DNA of 64,000 nucleotides from an uncultured Verrucomicrobiae bacterium (GTDB taxonomy: Bacteria; Verrucomicrobiota; Verrucomicrobiia; Limisphaerales; Palsa-1400), in contig CAVPOM010000011.1 of NCBI GenBank assembly GCA_963707025.1, forward strand, positions 63,164-127,163, in the 5' to 3' direction. The notes beneath the pieces were generated by a model that had not been told where the DNA came from, did no database searches, and was given only the letters and a program-made list of their open reading frames with translations. This document shows, piece after piece, positions 18,135-29,362 of the stretch (position 1 is its first letter; each line of letters begins with the position of its first letter). Position numbers and translations under genes: made by a program.

Positions 18135-20945
18135 TCACTTCAGCAACTGGCGAACCTGGGCGGAAGTGATTTCGGTTTTCGGATGGAAGGAAGGGCCGGC
18201 CATGTAGTCCAGCAGGGTTTGCCGCATCTGCCGGCCCACCGGATCATCGCTCAAATCGCCGGTCAGATCGAAACCGCAGACGACGATTCCGCCCTGGCCA
18301 ATCCTGGCTTCGATGACCAGGCCGAGGGGTCGGCCCGTCACCCAGTCGTCAATGATCCGCACAATCGGGTCGAGGCCTTTGGGCAAAACATCCAGCCGGA
18401 GCGCGCCCGCGCGGTGGAGCAGGTACCACCATTGCCAGTTGGCGCAGGATTCGGTTGGAAATTCAGCCAGGGCCGGATGCCGCGGCTGGCAAAGGATGCC
18501 CAGGGTGGTCGGCGGCTGGCGCCGGGTCCAGGCGGTGTTCCAGAAGATGCTGGAAAAGCCCACCGCCACCGGCGCGCGCTCAAAGTTGCGGATGGCCGCC
18601 GGGGCCAACGTCAACAATACTTTTCCGCCGGCTTGCAACCGCTGCTCCGCCGCTTCATCGAAACGCGACGTCACCAGCGCGCCGTCCGGCGCGGCTGCCG
18701 TCGCCGGCGCGGGATAAATCCAGACATCCCAATCGTTTTCCGCGAGCCTTGAGCCATTGGCCGCGTTGTGGATGGTCACCACCAATTTGTAACGCGCGGG
18801 CGCCTTGGCGTTTTGCAAATCCACCCGCACCGTGCCGAGCGCGGCGCCGTTGTCCACGGGGATTTCCCCGGCCGGGAATTTGCCGGTGGCGAAGGCCGGG
18901 CGGTTGTCGGGGAGGAGTTTCCAGGAGGCGGCCGCATTTTTCAGCGGGGCGGGGCCGAAATGAGCGGCCTCCACCGTCGCGGCGAGCGTTTCGGCGGTGG
19001 TGAAAACGCGTTTGTCCAGGCGGGCGAGAGGGACGGTGGCGTTGCAGAAACGGCTGTACTGGCTGGCGGTGACATAGCCTTTATCATGCCAAAAGGGATC
19101 GAGCACGCCGACCAGCGCCGTGCCCTGGCCGGGGAAATCGTGCAGGTCCAGCAATTCAAAGCCGCCCATGCCCGGGGTGCGCAAGGCGGACTCGATGTCT
19201 TCCTTGTAGCAGAGGGTTTGCAATTTGCCGGAGGCCAGCAAGAACGGTCTGGCCAGGCTGCCCAGGCCTGCGGCCCGGAGGCGGTCGCGGAAAATCTCGA
19301 AATTTTTCGGCTTGAGATAGCCGGTGTATTGCGGGATTTCGTCAAAATTGGGATAGACGCACCACTGGCCGATTTCGTGGCTGATGACCGGCACCTGGCG
19401 CGCGGAAATGAAGGAGCGGTAATCGGTCGTGGTTTCCGGCGGCCTGGAGTTGATGCGGGAGCGCAGGCCCTGGCCCCACTGTTGGATGCGCGGGCCGGGG
19501 GTGACATCGAACTGGTTTTCGGCAAGTTCCGGCCAGCCCGAACCGCTGGTCCAGAGCCGGCGCGGGTCGAGCGCCTTGAAATGGGAGACGTATTGGGCGA
19601 GCCAGGCGGTGGCGTTCCGGCCGCCCGGTTCGTTGCCGTAGGGCATGAGCATGAAGGAGGGATGGTTGCCGTAATACCGCAAGATGCGTGCGGTCTCGTC
19701 ATAAACCCATTGGTCCACCGGCCGGCCGTCGCCCAGCCCCGTGGCTCCATTGGCCCAGCAGGTCTCGACCTGCAAATACATGCCGAGCTGGTCCGCCGCC
19801 GCGAAGGCCGCTTCCGGCGGACAATAGGAATGGAAGCGCAGCAAATTCAGTCCGTAAGATTTGGCCGCGCCGATAATGCGTTTCCATTCCGCCACTTCCG
19901 TGGGCGGATGGCCGGTTTTTGGGAAAATGCAGCATTCCAGGGTGCCGCGGAAAAAAATCTTGCGGCCGTTGAGGACGAACTGGGTGCCGCTGGCGGAGAA
20001 ATCGCGCAGGCCAAAGGTGACGGACCTGGTGTCGTTGCCATTCAAGGTGACCTCCAGGCGGTGCAGCGCCGGGGAGAATTCATCCCAGGGTTGGGCGCCC
20101 GGGCCGAGGTTGAATTCGGTTTCAAACGAACCGCCGCCGGTTTCCCAAGCGACCTCCAATTGGGTTTTTTGGCCGTGGCCGGCGAGTTGAACCTGGCCGC
20201 GGCCGGCCTGCCCGGTGGCGTTGCCAATTTTTCCTTTGACTGTCACGGACTTGGCCGCCAGGCGCGGATAGACCTGCAAGTCCTCAATCCACACCAAGGG
20301 CGTGGCGCGCAATTGGATGGCGCCGGCGATGCCGTTCCAGTTGCCCTGGGTGTGATCGCTGACGGCGTGCGAATTGGCGCCGATATTGACGATCATCCGG
20401 TTGTCCACGCGAATGGTCAGGGTGTGGGAGCCGGGAGCCAGGCGGCCCAGGTCATATTCATGCGGTGTGGCAAGGCTGGCGTTGGAACCGGCCAGCCTGC
20501 CGTCGAGCCAGACGCGCGTTTCCCAGTGCGGCCTTTCCAGGGCAAGCACAACGCGGTTGGCCTCCCAATCTTTTGGAATGGCGATGTCCCGCTGGAACCA
20601 GGCCGCGCCCGCGTAGTATTTTTCCGGCTGAAGCCAGAAGGGGATTTTCACATTGCCCGGCTGGCGATAAGCCGCGAACTCCGGCGCGGTGAACCACGAC
20701 CGGTCCACAATGTCGCCCATCCAGCGTGTGTTGGTGGAGATGTCGTCACCGATGCCCTGCGCCGGCAGCGAGCCGGGCAGATTGATTTGGCCGTTTAATT
20801 TGCTGGCGAACCAGCTTTCCGTGATTCCGGCATCCGCGCGATCCAATTGAAAACGCCACCGGCAGGCCAGGGAAATGGAGGGCGCCGGTTTGGCCCAGGC
20901 GCCGGCCGCGGCCAGCGCCAGAAAAAGGATGGTCAGCCGTCTCAT
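18135..20945 (-). CDS. Glycoside hydrolase family 2 (beta-glycosidase), secreted
   Basis: Signal peptide, 'YAGAAWFQRDI', 'FGLRDF...FVLNGRKIFFRG', 'GLNLLRFHSYCPP', 'NHPSF...GNE', 'SHEIGQW'. Confidence 0.88.
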   Translation of the reverse strand: MRRLTILFLALAAAGAWAKPAPSISLACRWRFQLDRADAGITESWFASKLNGQINLPGSLPAQGIGDDISTNTRWMGDIVDRSWFTAPEFAAYRQPGNVKIPFWLQPEKYYAGAAWFQRDIAIPKDWEANRVVLALERPHWETRVWLDGRLAGSNASLATPHEYDLGRLAPGSHTLTIRVDNRMIVNIGANSHAVSDHTQGNWNGIAGAIQLRATPLVWIEDLQVYPRLAAKSVTVKGKIGNATGQAGRGQVQLAGHGQKTQLEVAWETGGGSFETEFNLGPGAQPWDEFSPALHRLEVTLNGNDTRSVTFGLRDFSASGTQFVLNGRKIFFRGTLECCIFPKTGHPPTEVAEWKRIIGAAKSYGLNLLRFHSYCPPEAAFAAADQLGMYLQVETCWANGATGLGDGRPVDQWVYDETARILRYYGNHPSFMLMPYGNEPGGRNATAWLAQYVSHFKALDPRRLWTSGSGWPELAENQFDVTPGPRIQQWGQGLRSRINSRPPETTTDYRSFISARQVPVISHEIGQWCVYPNFDEIPQYTGYLKPKNFEIFRDRLRAAGLGSLARPFLLASGKLQTLCYKEDIESALRTPGMGGFELLDLHDFPGQGTALVGVLDPFWHDKGYVTASQYSRFCNATVPLARLDKRVFTTAETLAATVEAAHFGPAPLKNAAASWKLLPDNRPAFATGKFPAGEIPVDNGAALGTVRVDLQNAKAPARYKLVVTIHNAANGSRLAENDWDVWIYPAPATAAAPDGALVTSRFDEAAEQRLQAGGKVLLTLAPAAIRNFERAPVAVGFSSIFWNTAWTRRQPPTTLGILCQPRHPALAEFPTESCANWQWWYLLHRAGALRLDVLPKGLDPIVRIIDDWVTGRPLGLVIEARIGQGGIVVCGFDLTGDLSDDPVGRQMRQTLLDYMAGPSFHPKTEITSAQVRQLLK

Positions 20946-21000
20946 AGGATGCAGGTTACTGTGCTTCTGATGCATTGTTCATTTCAAACAGCGCGCCGGC

Positions 21001-22584
21001 TCATGGGCGCGGCGCCGGCAGCGCGCCGGTCAAACGCGCCAGGCGCGGGGACGCGGCCATTTCGTTCCCGTCCGCCAACACGCGCAAGCCTTTGCCTTTC
21101 CCGTAGTGTTCGCCGGACTGGTCGTAGAGGACCGTCAGGATGTGACCGTGATAGGCAACGTTGTCCAGGCAGAAATAATCCCACGTTCCTTCCGGCACGA
21201 GCGGGTTGACTTCCACCAGGTTGTCGGCGCGGGGACGCAGCCCGGCCAGGCCGGTGATAATCAGGTCGCAGAAGGTGGAATGGTTGTAATCCTTGCCGCG
21301 CTCGTAAATTTGGTTCCCTGCTGTTTTCATGACCGTGCGGGCGATCCAGTCGCCGGTGAGCGGATTCAAATCTTCATCAATCCACGGCACGACCTTGCCG
21401 TCGTCGCGCCGGAGATGCTGCGACTTGGCGTAAATTTGCAGCAGGCCTAAATAATCGCGCCGGCTGACGGCGTTCTGCTGGTAGTGGTTGAGCAGGTTGG
21501 CCATCGCGGTCAACGTGACCAACGTCGCGAAGGGCCAGCTTGGCCCGTTCCATTGGCACTCGTGTCCCTGATAGGCCAGCCGGAATTTCGGGCTGCGCCG
21601 CTCGGCGGTGGTTGGCCCGAAAGGCGCGTAAAAGCCGTTCGTGTCCATGAGTTGCAGCCAGGCGGCTTCGTAGCCGGGGCCGGGCAAATTAACATACCAC
21701 GGCGTGTAGCCGTGCAACTCGCGCACGCCCACCAGCGCCGCGCCGGGCAGGCGGTTCGGAAGGGTCTCGAAGAATTGCTGGTCCGCGTTCCACAACTTTT
21801 CCTGGACGAGCTGCTTGATCTGCGCAGCCTTGGCGCGGAATTCCGCCGCGGCGTCATTCTTGCCCAGGAGGTCCGCCGTGCTGGCCAGGGCCAGCGCGTC
21901 GGCAAACATATAGCTGTTGATGGTGGGCCGGTAACCGCTGCCGCCGATGGACATCTCCATGCCGTCGCGGTCGTCCACCTGCCAGAACAAACCGTTGGTG
22001 CCGCGGTGGCTTTTCTCCCACTCGCCATAGTTGGCCACGAGGTCGGGGAACAATTCCTTCACCTCCGCCGCGTTGCCGGTGACCAGAAGGCGGTTCCATA
22101 ACGCATCGGCGATCCAGAAACTGTAACTGCGCGCGCTCCCGCCTTTGCGCAGCCAGAAGGCCGCGTAGTCGTCCAGATATTTCGGGTCGTGCAGCCAGCG
22201 TCCCTCGTAGAAGTGGAGGGCCGCCGCGCAGTTGATGGTATTGTCCTTGCCGGCCCACGGCACGTCGGGCAGGAATTCGGTGACGACAAACCCATCGGGC
22301 GTTTGCCGGAGGTGCTTGCGGTAAGTCCACCAGCGAAAGTAATAAATCTCCTCCAGCGAGTTGTCCGGGCACTCGAAGAGCGGAATGTTGTCCCGCAGAA
22401 ACCGCCAGGCGTTGGTGTTGCGGATGGCGGCGGGCCAGACCTCTTCATCGCCGGCGTTGAAGCTGTCAATATAATGTTGGAAGCTCTCCGCCTTGAGGAC
22501 GGCCTGGGCGGCGGCGGCCCCGGGCCGGAGCAGCGCCAGCGTCAGGCAGCAGGCGATGGCGAAGGCCGCCGAAGCTCGTTTCAT
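21001..22584 (-). CDS. (alpha/alpha)6 glycoside hydrolase, GH63/MGH1-like
   Basis: Signal peptide, 'IYYFRWWTYRKH', 'DDRDGME', 'RPTINSY', 'CQWNGPSWPF', 'DYNHSTF'. Confidence 0.8.
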   Translation of the reverse strand: MKRASAAFAIACCLTLALLRPGAAAAQAVLKAESFQHYIDSFNAGDEEVWPAAIRNTNAWRFLRDNIPLFECPDNSLEEIYYFRWWTYRKHLRQTPDGFVVTEFLPDVPWAGKDNTINCAAALHFYEGRWLHDPKYLDDYAAFWLRKGGSARSYSFWIADALWNRLLVTGNAAEVKELFPDLVANYGEWEKSHRGTNGLFWQVDDRDGMEMSIGGSGYRPTINSYMFADALALASTADLLGKNDAAAEFRAKAAQIKQLVQEKLWNADQQFFETLPNRLPGAALVGVRELHGYTPWYVNLPGPGYEAAWLQLMDTNGFYAPFGPTTAERRSPKFRLAYQGHECQWNGPSWPFATLVTLTAMANLLNHYQQNAVSRRDYLGLLQIYAKSQHLRRDDGKVVPWIDEDLNPLTGDWIARTVMKTAGNQIYERGKDYNHSTFCDLIITGLAGLRPRADNLVEVNPLVPEGTWDYFCLDNVAYHGHILTVLYDQSGEHYGKGKGLRVLADGNEMAASPRLARLTGALPAPRP

Positions 22585-22761
22585 GATGCGTGACCATTAT
22601 CCGACTCGTCGCGCAAACTCAAGACCAATGGCAACCGGTCCGTCTCAGGTGGGCCTGGCCGGCAGGGAGGTTTTGCGGCGTTCGTGAGCGATTCTCGCTT
22701 TTCAAATTCCCGTAGGCTGGTAAATTCCACCTTATGAGAGCGTGCGTCACTCAGGTACTTT

Positions 22762-23628
22762 TTGATTATGGCGCTTGTTACGGCTGCCTCAGCGCATCAG
22801 GTTGGTTCCGTTCTTCAGACGAATCTGCCGCCCCTGAAGCAAGTCCGTCTGGTCGATTTCAAAATAAAGGGAGCCCGTGCGGTTTCGTTCTGTTCCGCTT
22901 CCAGGAACCTCTTCGTGGCCTTTGCCCAAGAAGGCTCTCGGAAAGTTCATTGTTGGAGCCTAGATACAGGAAAGGACATCGCGTCATATACGGTCCCTCG
23001 AGGCTATCGCTGCGATGACTCATTGCCGTCGCCGGATGGGAAGCTTTTGCTGATCGCAACGTACGATCTCATCCATGACGCTCTACACGAGGTATTCAAG
23101 GTGTTCGTCTTCAACGTCAAGACCGAGAAACTGATTAAAGAACTGGATTACCCTGATGAACTCATCACGTTTCTCCAGTTCAGCCGAGATGGCAATTGTT
23201 TCCGGCTTTGCCGTGGGATCCCCAGCCGGTCCGCGGACTGGCCCGTTTATGTATATGATCCAAAGGGTAACACATTAACAAATGTTGATATGATGGCGTT
23301 CGCTCCTGCTGAAAGTCCCATCCTGAAACAAGGGGAATTTAAGGATCCGAGCCTTTACTACACTAAGGACGGAACTCAGCACAAGCTCGTCGAGGATGCA
23401 TTCTGTTATCTCTCAGCCGATGGTGACGCCTTCCTGGCGTCCTCGACCGTCAACGGCGAGGTTTTGGTTTGGCGCGCAAGCGATTTGAAGGAATTATTTC
23501 GAGGGAAGTTCGGCAAGCATCCGATCTGGGTGCGGTTCGATGACAAGCTTAATCGGTTTCTTGTCATTAACGGAAACGCGGACGAAAACTCTTTTTTAGA
23601 GGCAATTCAGATTGGAACTCCAAGGTGA
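22762..23628 (+). CDS. Hypothetical secreted protein, possibly beta-propeller (WD40/YVTN-like)
   Basis: Open 288-aa frame with lower GC than its neighbours. 'SPDGKLLL', 'FSRDGN' and 'LSADGD' look like propeller blade motifs. Confidence 0.55.
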   Translation: MIMALVTAASAHQVGSVLQTNLPPLKQVRLVDFKIKGARAVSFCSASRNLFVAFAQEGSRKVHCWSLDTGKDIASYTVPRGYRCDDSLPSPDGKLLLIATYDLIHDALHEVFKVFVFNVKTEKLIKELDYPDELITFLQFSRDGNCFRLCRGIPSRSADWPVYVYDPKGNTLTNVDMMAFAPAESPILKQGEFKDPSLYYTKDGTQHKLVEDAFCYLSADGDAFLASSTVNGEVLVWRASDLKELFRGKFGKHPIWVRFDDKLNRFLVINGNADENSFLEAIQIGTPR

Positions 23629-23689
23629 GAAAAGGCGGAAAGAGATCAGGCAAAGGTATCGTCGTATTTTTCCTTCTGGACGCAGCCTG

Positions 23690-23788
23690 GACCGAAAAAG
23701 CATCCAAGGCATGGCTGGCTTTGTGCCCGGCTGCTTGGATCTGGGCCAGGGCGGGACGGGGAAAATTCTCGTCCAGAAAATATGTCAT
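23690..23788 (-). pseudogene. Truncated DUF5615 (PIN-like, VapC45-type) toxin
   Basis: 'MTYFLDENFPRPALAQIQAAGHKASHALD' matches the DUF5615 N-terminus and is coupled to DUF433 by ATGA. Similarity is lost after about 30 aa. Confidence 0.7.
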
Positions 23789-24027
23789 CTCGCGGTGAGT
23801 TCGGCCTCAATCCCTTCCATGGCCGTCAACCGGCCGGCAAACTCAAGGCACGCCCGAACATCGGCCTCCGTGAGCGAGGGGTAATCCCGCAAGATCTCCG
23901 GCGTGGCCTGGCCGGCCGCCACGGCTCCAACCACATTGGCCACCAGAACACGCGTGCCGCGCACCACCGGCTTGCCATGACAAACCGCGGGATCGAAAAC
24001 AATTCTCTCTGAGAGCCAAGTTTGCAT
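23785..24027 (-). CDS. DUF433-domain antitoxin
   Basis: 'RIVFDPAVCHGKPVVRGTRVLV...EILRDYPSLTEADVRACLEFA'. Confidence 0.93.
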   Translation of the reverse strand: MQTWLSERIVFDPAVCHGKPVVRGTRVLVANVVGAVAAGQATPEILRDYPSLTEADVRACLEFAGRLTAMEGIEAELTAR

Positions 24028-24244
24028 GATGACACTTTATCCCCCCAAGGTTCCGTTGTTCAAGGATAAGTTTCGCGGCGCGCCGGGCCGGGAAGACCGG
24101 CAGTCGCGGGTCGCACGACCTCAGCATGGTCAATCCGGATGGCAAGACAACGCCAGCCAATGGTCGGGCCAGCATGTCTTGGCAGCGTTCTGACGCGGAG
24201 GTTGACCCCGCGCTTGATTTTGTTCACTCTAAGACATCGCCGCC

Positions 24245-27200
24245 ATGCGCCATGCTTCGCCAGTTCGGGTCCGGACCGGAACCATCACCCTTCCCACCTG
24301 GCGGCCCGCGCCGCCGGACAAGAACCCGATGTTTCTGGAAAAACGCGTTTATCAGGGCAGCAGCGGCAGGGTGTATCCGCTGCCGTTCACCGACCGCATC
24401 GCCGAAAAACCGGTCCGCCGCAAATGGCAGGCGGTCTGGATTGAAAACGAGTTCCTCCGCGTCCTGGTGCTGCCCGAAATCGGCGGGCGCATCCACGCCA
24501 TCCAGGACAAGACCAACGGTTACGATCTGATTTACAATCAGCCCGTCATCAAGCCCGCCCTGGTCGGCCTGGCCGGGCCGTGGATTTCCGGCGGGATCGA
24601 GTTCAACTGGCCGCAGCATCATCGTCCCGCCACCTTCCTGCCCGTGGATGTTAAAATCGAATCGCACGCCGATGGCTCCAAAACCATCTGGTGCGGCGAC
24701 CACGACCCGATGTGCCGGATGAAAGGCATGCACGGCGTCTGCCTGCATCCGGGCCGGAGCTGCCTGGAATTGAAGGTGCGCGCTTACAACCGCACGCCCT
24801 TCCAGCAGACTTTTCTCTGGTGGGCCAATGTCGCCATGCGCGTGCATGAGGCCTATCAAAGCTTTTTCCCGCCGGACGTTTATTACGTGGCCGACCACGC
24901 GCAGGCGCGCCATGAGCGAATATCCGCTCTGCCAGGAATGTCTATTACGGCGTCAACTACGGCCGAGCGCGGCGCGCCGGGGCATTCCGCAAAATGAAAT
25001 TCCAAAGCAGTTCCTCCCGCCCCACTGCCGGCGGGTCGATCGCAGTCCGCATGCCCGAATACGCGCCGAACGACCTTTCCTTTTACGCCAACATTCCGGT
25101 GCCGACCTCCTACATGTGCATGGGCAGCCGGGAGGATTTCTTCGGCGGCTACGATTACGCGGCGCAGGCGGGCATCGTTCACGTCGCCAACCACCACATT
25201 TCGCCCGGCAAGAAACAATGGACCTGGGGCAATCACGAATTCGGTTACGCCTGGGACCGCAACCTGACCGAGCGCGACGGCAAAGGTGAATTCGGCGCCC
25301 TACATCGAAATCATGGCCGGCGTCTATACCGACAACCAGCCCGACTTCAGCTTTCTCCAGCCCGGCGAGACGAAAACGTGGAGCCAGTATCTGGTATCCC
25401 ATCCAAAAAATCGGCCCGGCGCAACACGCCAATCTGCAGGCGGCCGTCAGCCTGAAAATCGCAGAATCGGCCGCGCGCGCCTTGGCGTCGCTGTCACCAC
25501 GGAACATTCCGGGCGCGGCCATTGCCCTGATTTGGCAAAAGCAAACGCTGGCAAAATGCGACGGCGCGACCTGGCGCCGGGTTCGCCGTTCGTCAAGGAA
25601 GTCAGCCTTCCGCGTGGCACCGGCGAAACCGGGCTGCTGCTGCGCGTCCTGGACCGCGCCGGCCGCGAAATTATTTCTTACGCGCCGAAGCCGCGCGTCC
25701 GGGGCGCAGTGCCGCCGCCCGCGACCGAACCGGCCGCGCCGGCGGACATCGCCAGCGCGGACGAATTGTTCATCACCGGCCTGCATCTGGAACAGTATCG
25801 CCATGCCACCCGTTCCCGGTGCTATATTGGCGCGAGGCGTTGCGCCGCGACCCGGTGGATGCGCGCTGCAACAACGCCCTGGGTCTGTGGCACCTGCAGC
25901 GCGGCGAATTCACTCTGGCGGAGGAATTCTTCCGCAGAGCCATCGCGCGCCTGACGCGCCGCAATCCCAATCCTTCCGACGGCGAGGCCTTTTACAACCT
26001 GGGCTTGTGCCTGCGCCATCTGGGCCGCGATGATGAAGCTTATGGCGCGTTTTACAAAGCCACCTGGAACCAGGCGTGGATGGCGGCGGGTTATCACGCG
26101 CTGGCGGAACTGGCTTGCAAAAAATCAGACTGGGCAGGCGCGCTGGAACATCTGAACCGCTCGCTCCGTTTCAACACCGACAATCTGCGGGCGCGCAATC
26201 TGAAGGTCATGGTCTTGCGGAGGCTCGGCCGTGAAGCCGAGGCGGGTGTGCTGCTGCGCGAAACGCTCGCGCTGGACCCGCTGGACTGGTGGGCGCGGCT
26301 CTTGACGGGCGGAAATTCCCGGTTGCGATTTGCCCACGCATCTGGACCTGGCGCACGATCTGGCGCAGCGCGGGTTTTGCGCTGAGGCGGTGGCGGCTGC
26401 TGGAGGGCGCGCCCGTCCAGAGCGGCGGGTGAGTTGCCAACCAAAGTTTGGGAGCGTTGCCGCTGGTCCACTACACGCTCGGCTGGCTTCAGGAAAAACT
26501 GGGCAATAAAAAATCCGCCTTGCGGCATTTCCGCCAGGCGGCGCGCGCTCCCGCCGGATTATTGTTTTCCGTGCGCGTCTGGAAGAGATTGCGGTGTTGG
26601 AAGCGGCCATGCGGGCCAATCCGCACGACGCCCGCGCGCCTTATTATCTGGGCAATTTGTTTTACGACCGCCGCCGCCACGCCGAGGCCATCCGGCTTTG
26701 GGAGCGCAGCGCGAAATTGAATCCCGATTTCTCCATCGTCTGGCGCAACCTCGGCATCGGTTACTTCAACATTTCCAAACAACCGGCCAAAGCCCGCGCC
26801 GCTTACGAGCGCGCCTTCCGGGCCAATCCGCGCGACGCGCGGCTGCTCTTCGAGCGCGACCAGCTTTGGAAACGGCTCGGCGAAAAACCGGCGAAACGAT
26901 TGCGGGAACTGGAAAAATATGCCGCGCTCGTCCGCCAGCGCGACGATTTGACGGTGGAACTGTGCGCGCTCTCAATCAGACCGGCCGCCACGTCGAAGCG
27001 ATGCAACTCCTGGCCCAACGCCGGTTTCAGCCGTGGGAAGGCGGCGAAGGCGGGGCGCTGGGCCAGCACGTCCGCACGCAGCTTGCGCTCGGACGCGCAG
27101 GCCCTGGCACAGCAAGATTTTCCGCTGCGCCGCCAGGCCATTTTGAGAACGCGCTCGCTCGCGCCGGAAAATCTCGGCGAAGCCAGGCATCTGCTGGCCA

Positions 27201-27679
27201 ACCAGAGCGACATTCATTATTGGCTGGGCGTCGCGCTGGATTTGCTCGGCGAGCAAAAAAGGCGCGCGCAGCACTGGCTGGCCGCCGCCAACTTCAAGGG
27301 CGATTTTCAGGAGATGAGCGTCCGCGCTTTTCAGCGAAATGACCTTTTACTCGGCGCTGTGCACTGCGAAAAGCTGGGCCGGAAGCGGAGGCGAAAAAAC
27401 TTTTGCGCGACTTGCTGGCCTACGCGCAAAAGCGTTGCAAAAGTCGCCGGCCAAAATTGATTACTTCGCCACGTCGCTGCCGACCATGCTGCTGTTCGAG
27501 GATGATTTGCCATTCCGCCAGGAAACAACCGCGCTGTTTTTGCAGGCGCAGGCGCGGCTGGGCCTGGGGCAAAAAGCGAAGGCGCAGGCGCTTTTGCGGA
27601 AAGTTTTGCGGCGCGACCCGAACCACGCGCTGGCGGCGGATTTGTGGGCGGGTTGGCCCCGCGGAAGGGAGCCGCATGA
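24245..27679 (+). CDS. DUF5107 + TPR-repeat protein, broken by many indels
   Basis: 'EKRVYQGSSGRVYPLP', 'LPEIGGRIH', 'GPWISGGIEFNWPQHHRP', 'ISPGKKQWTWG', 'YIEIMAGVYTDNQPDF', then TPRs and 'IDYFATSLP'. The pieces are scattered over all three frames. Confidence 0.8.
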
Positions 27680-29102
27680 CGGCGGTGGCTCCAAAAGACG
27701 ACCCGCCTCTCAAGGCCGAATACAATTTCGGTTACATCTGGCTCATTTCCGTGACGCCGCGCTTGGGCGGGCTGTTGTTCGGCTACGACTGGGTGGTCAT
27801 TGGCGGGGCGAAGCCGTTTTTCGAGCGGTACTTTCACCTGGCCAAAGCCGCGCAATCCGGCTGGGCGAACAGTTGCGCGCTCATCGGCTGTCTGGCGGGC
27901 GCGCTCGTCGCCGGCGCGTTGAGCGACAAGTTCGGCCGGAAAAGATTGTTGATCGCTTCGGCGTTTTTGTTCGCGCGTCACCTCGCTGGGCAACGCGCTG
28001 GCGCCGAATGTTTTCCATTTTCGTCGCGTGGCGGATGCTGGGCGGCGTGGCCATCGGCCTGGCTTCGAACCTTTCGCCGATGTATATCGCCGAAATCGCC
28101 CCGGCGCGGATGCGCGGCAAACTGGTCTCCATCAACCAGCTCACCATCGTCATCGGCGTGCTGGCGGCGCAACTGATCAACTGGTCGCTCGTGCGCCATC
28201 TGCCGCCGGGCGCGACGGATGAGTTCATCGTCAATTCCTGGTATGGCCAGTCCGGCTGGCGCTGGATGTTTGCCCTCACCGCCATTCCTGCGGCGTTGTT
28301 TTTTGCCGGCATGTTTTTCGTTCCCGAAAGCCCGCGCTGGCTGGCCAAAAACGGCAAGCCCGAACAGGCCCGCGCCGTCCTGCAAAAAATCGGCGGGGCG
28401 AGCTTACGCGGGTCAGCGCCGCTCCGGGAAATCGAGGCGACGCTGGTGAACGAAACCGAAAAGGTGGATTTCCGCGAACTGCTGCAGCCGAGGATGAGAA
28501 AGGTGCTGGTGCTGGGCGTCGTGCTGGCCGTGTTCCAGCAATGGTGCGGCATCAACGTCATTTTCAATTACGCCGAGGAGATTTTCAGGGCCGCCGGCTA
28601 CGACATTTCCACCGTGCTGAAAAACATCGCCTGGACCGGCTCGGTCAACCTGGCGTTCACCTTTGTCGCGCTGGGCGTGGTGGACCGCCGCGGGCGGCGT
28701 CCGCTGATGCTGTTCGGCGCGGCGGGGCTGGCGGTCATCTACACGGCGATCGAGTTTTTGTTATCACGCGCGGCGTGCAGGGATGGCCGGTGCTGCTGCT
28801 CGTGCTGGCGGCCATCGCCTGTTATTCCATGTCGCTGGCGCCGGTGACGTGGGTGGTGATTTCGGAAATCTTTCCCGAATCGCATCCGCGGCGCGGCCAT
28901 GGCCGTCGCCGTGGCGGCGCTGTGGCTGGCCTGTTTCATCCTGACTTACACGTTCCCGATTTTGAAGGACAAGCTCGGTCCGGCGGGCACGTTCTGGCTC
29001 TACGCCGCCATCTGCGCACTGGGCCTGCTTTTCATCTGGAAGAAACTGCCCGAAACCAAGGGGCGGACGCTGGAACAGATCGAAAAGGAATTGGTGAAAT
29101 AG
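27676..29102 (+). CDS. Sugar porter family MFS transporter (XylE-like), several frameshifts
   Basis: 'LGGLLFGYDWVVI', 'SDKFGRK', 'PMYIAEIAPARMRG', 'PESPRWL', 'FQQWCGINVIFNY', 'PETKGRTLEQIE'. Confidence 0.88.
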
Positions 29103-29109
29103 GGGGCGG

Positions 29110-29280
29110 ATCTTGACACTGCTGCCGGCGTCTGGCGAAAGAATGCCATAGGAGTGCGCCCGTCCTCGGGCGCAGCCGCGTGGGAAACACGGCGCGCCGG
29201 TGATTTTCCTGAGCACCCAAACCATCCCTGGCTTGCTGCGGCCGGGGACGGCCGCACTCCGCCGGCAGCAGTGTCAAGAT
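29110..29280. repeat. MITE-like element with perfect 21-bp TIRs enclosing an inverted REP-like pair
   Basis: ATCTTGACACTGCTGCCGGCG (29110-30) is the exact reverse complement of 29260-80. The inner GGAGTGCGCCCGTCCTCGGGCGCAGC / GCTGCGGCCGGGGACGGCCGCACTCC pair matches at 23 of 26 positions. Confidence 0.85.
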
Positions 29281-29307
29281 GCGCGTTGAAATAGGTGCGT
29301 TTAGGGA

Positions 29308-29335
29308 TTGACATCGCCGGGGGAAGGACTAATGT
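29308..29335 (+). promoter_or_regulatory. Putative sigma70 promoter
   Basis: TTGACA-16 nt-TAATGT, 27 nt upstream of the ATG at 29363. Confidence 0.5.
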
Positions 29336-29362
29336 GGAGTTGACGCAACAGAAGGATCTCTT

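Noticed and set aside
18768..20798. Long antisense ORFs (this one, 2542-4032, 9300-10868, 40804-42165, 46096-47679, 59771-61141 and others)
   Set aside because: Shadow ORFs opposite well-supported genes, as expected in high-GC DNA.
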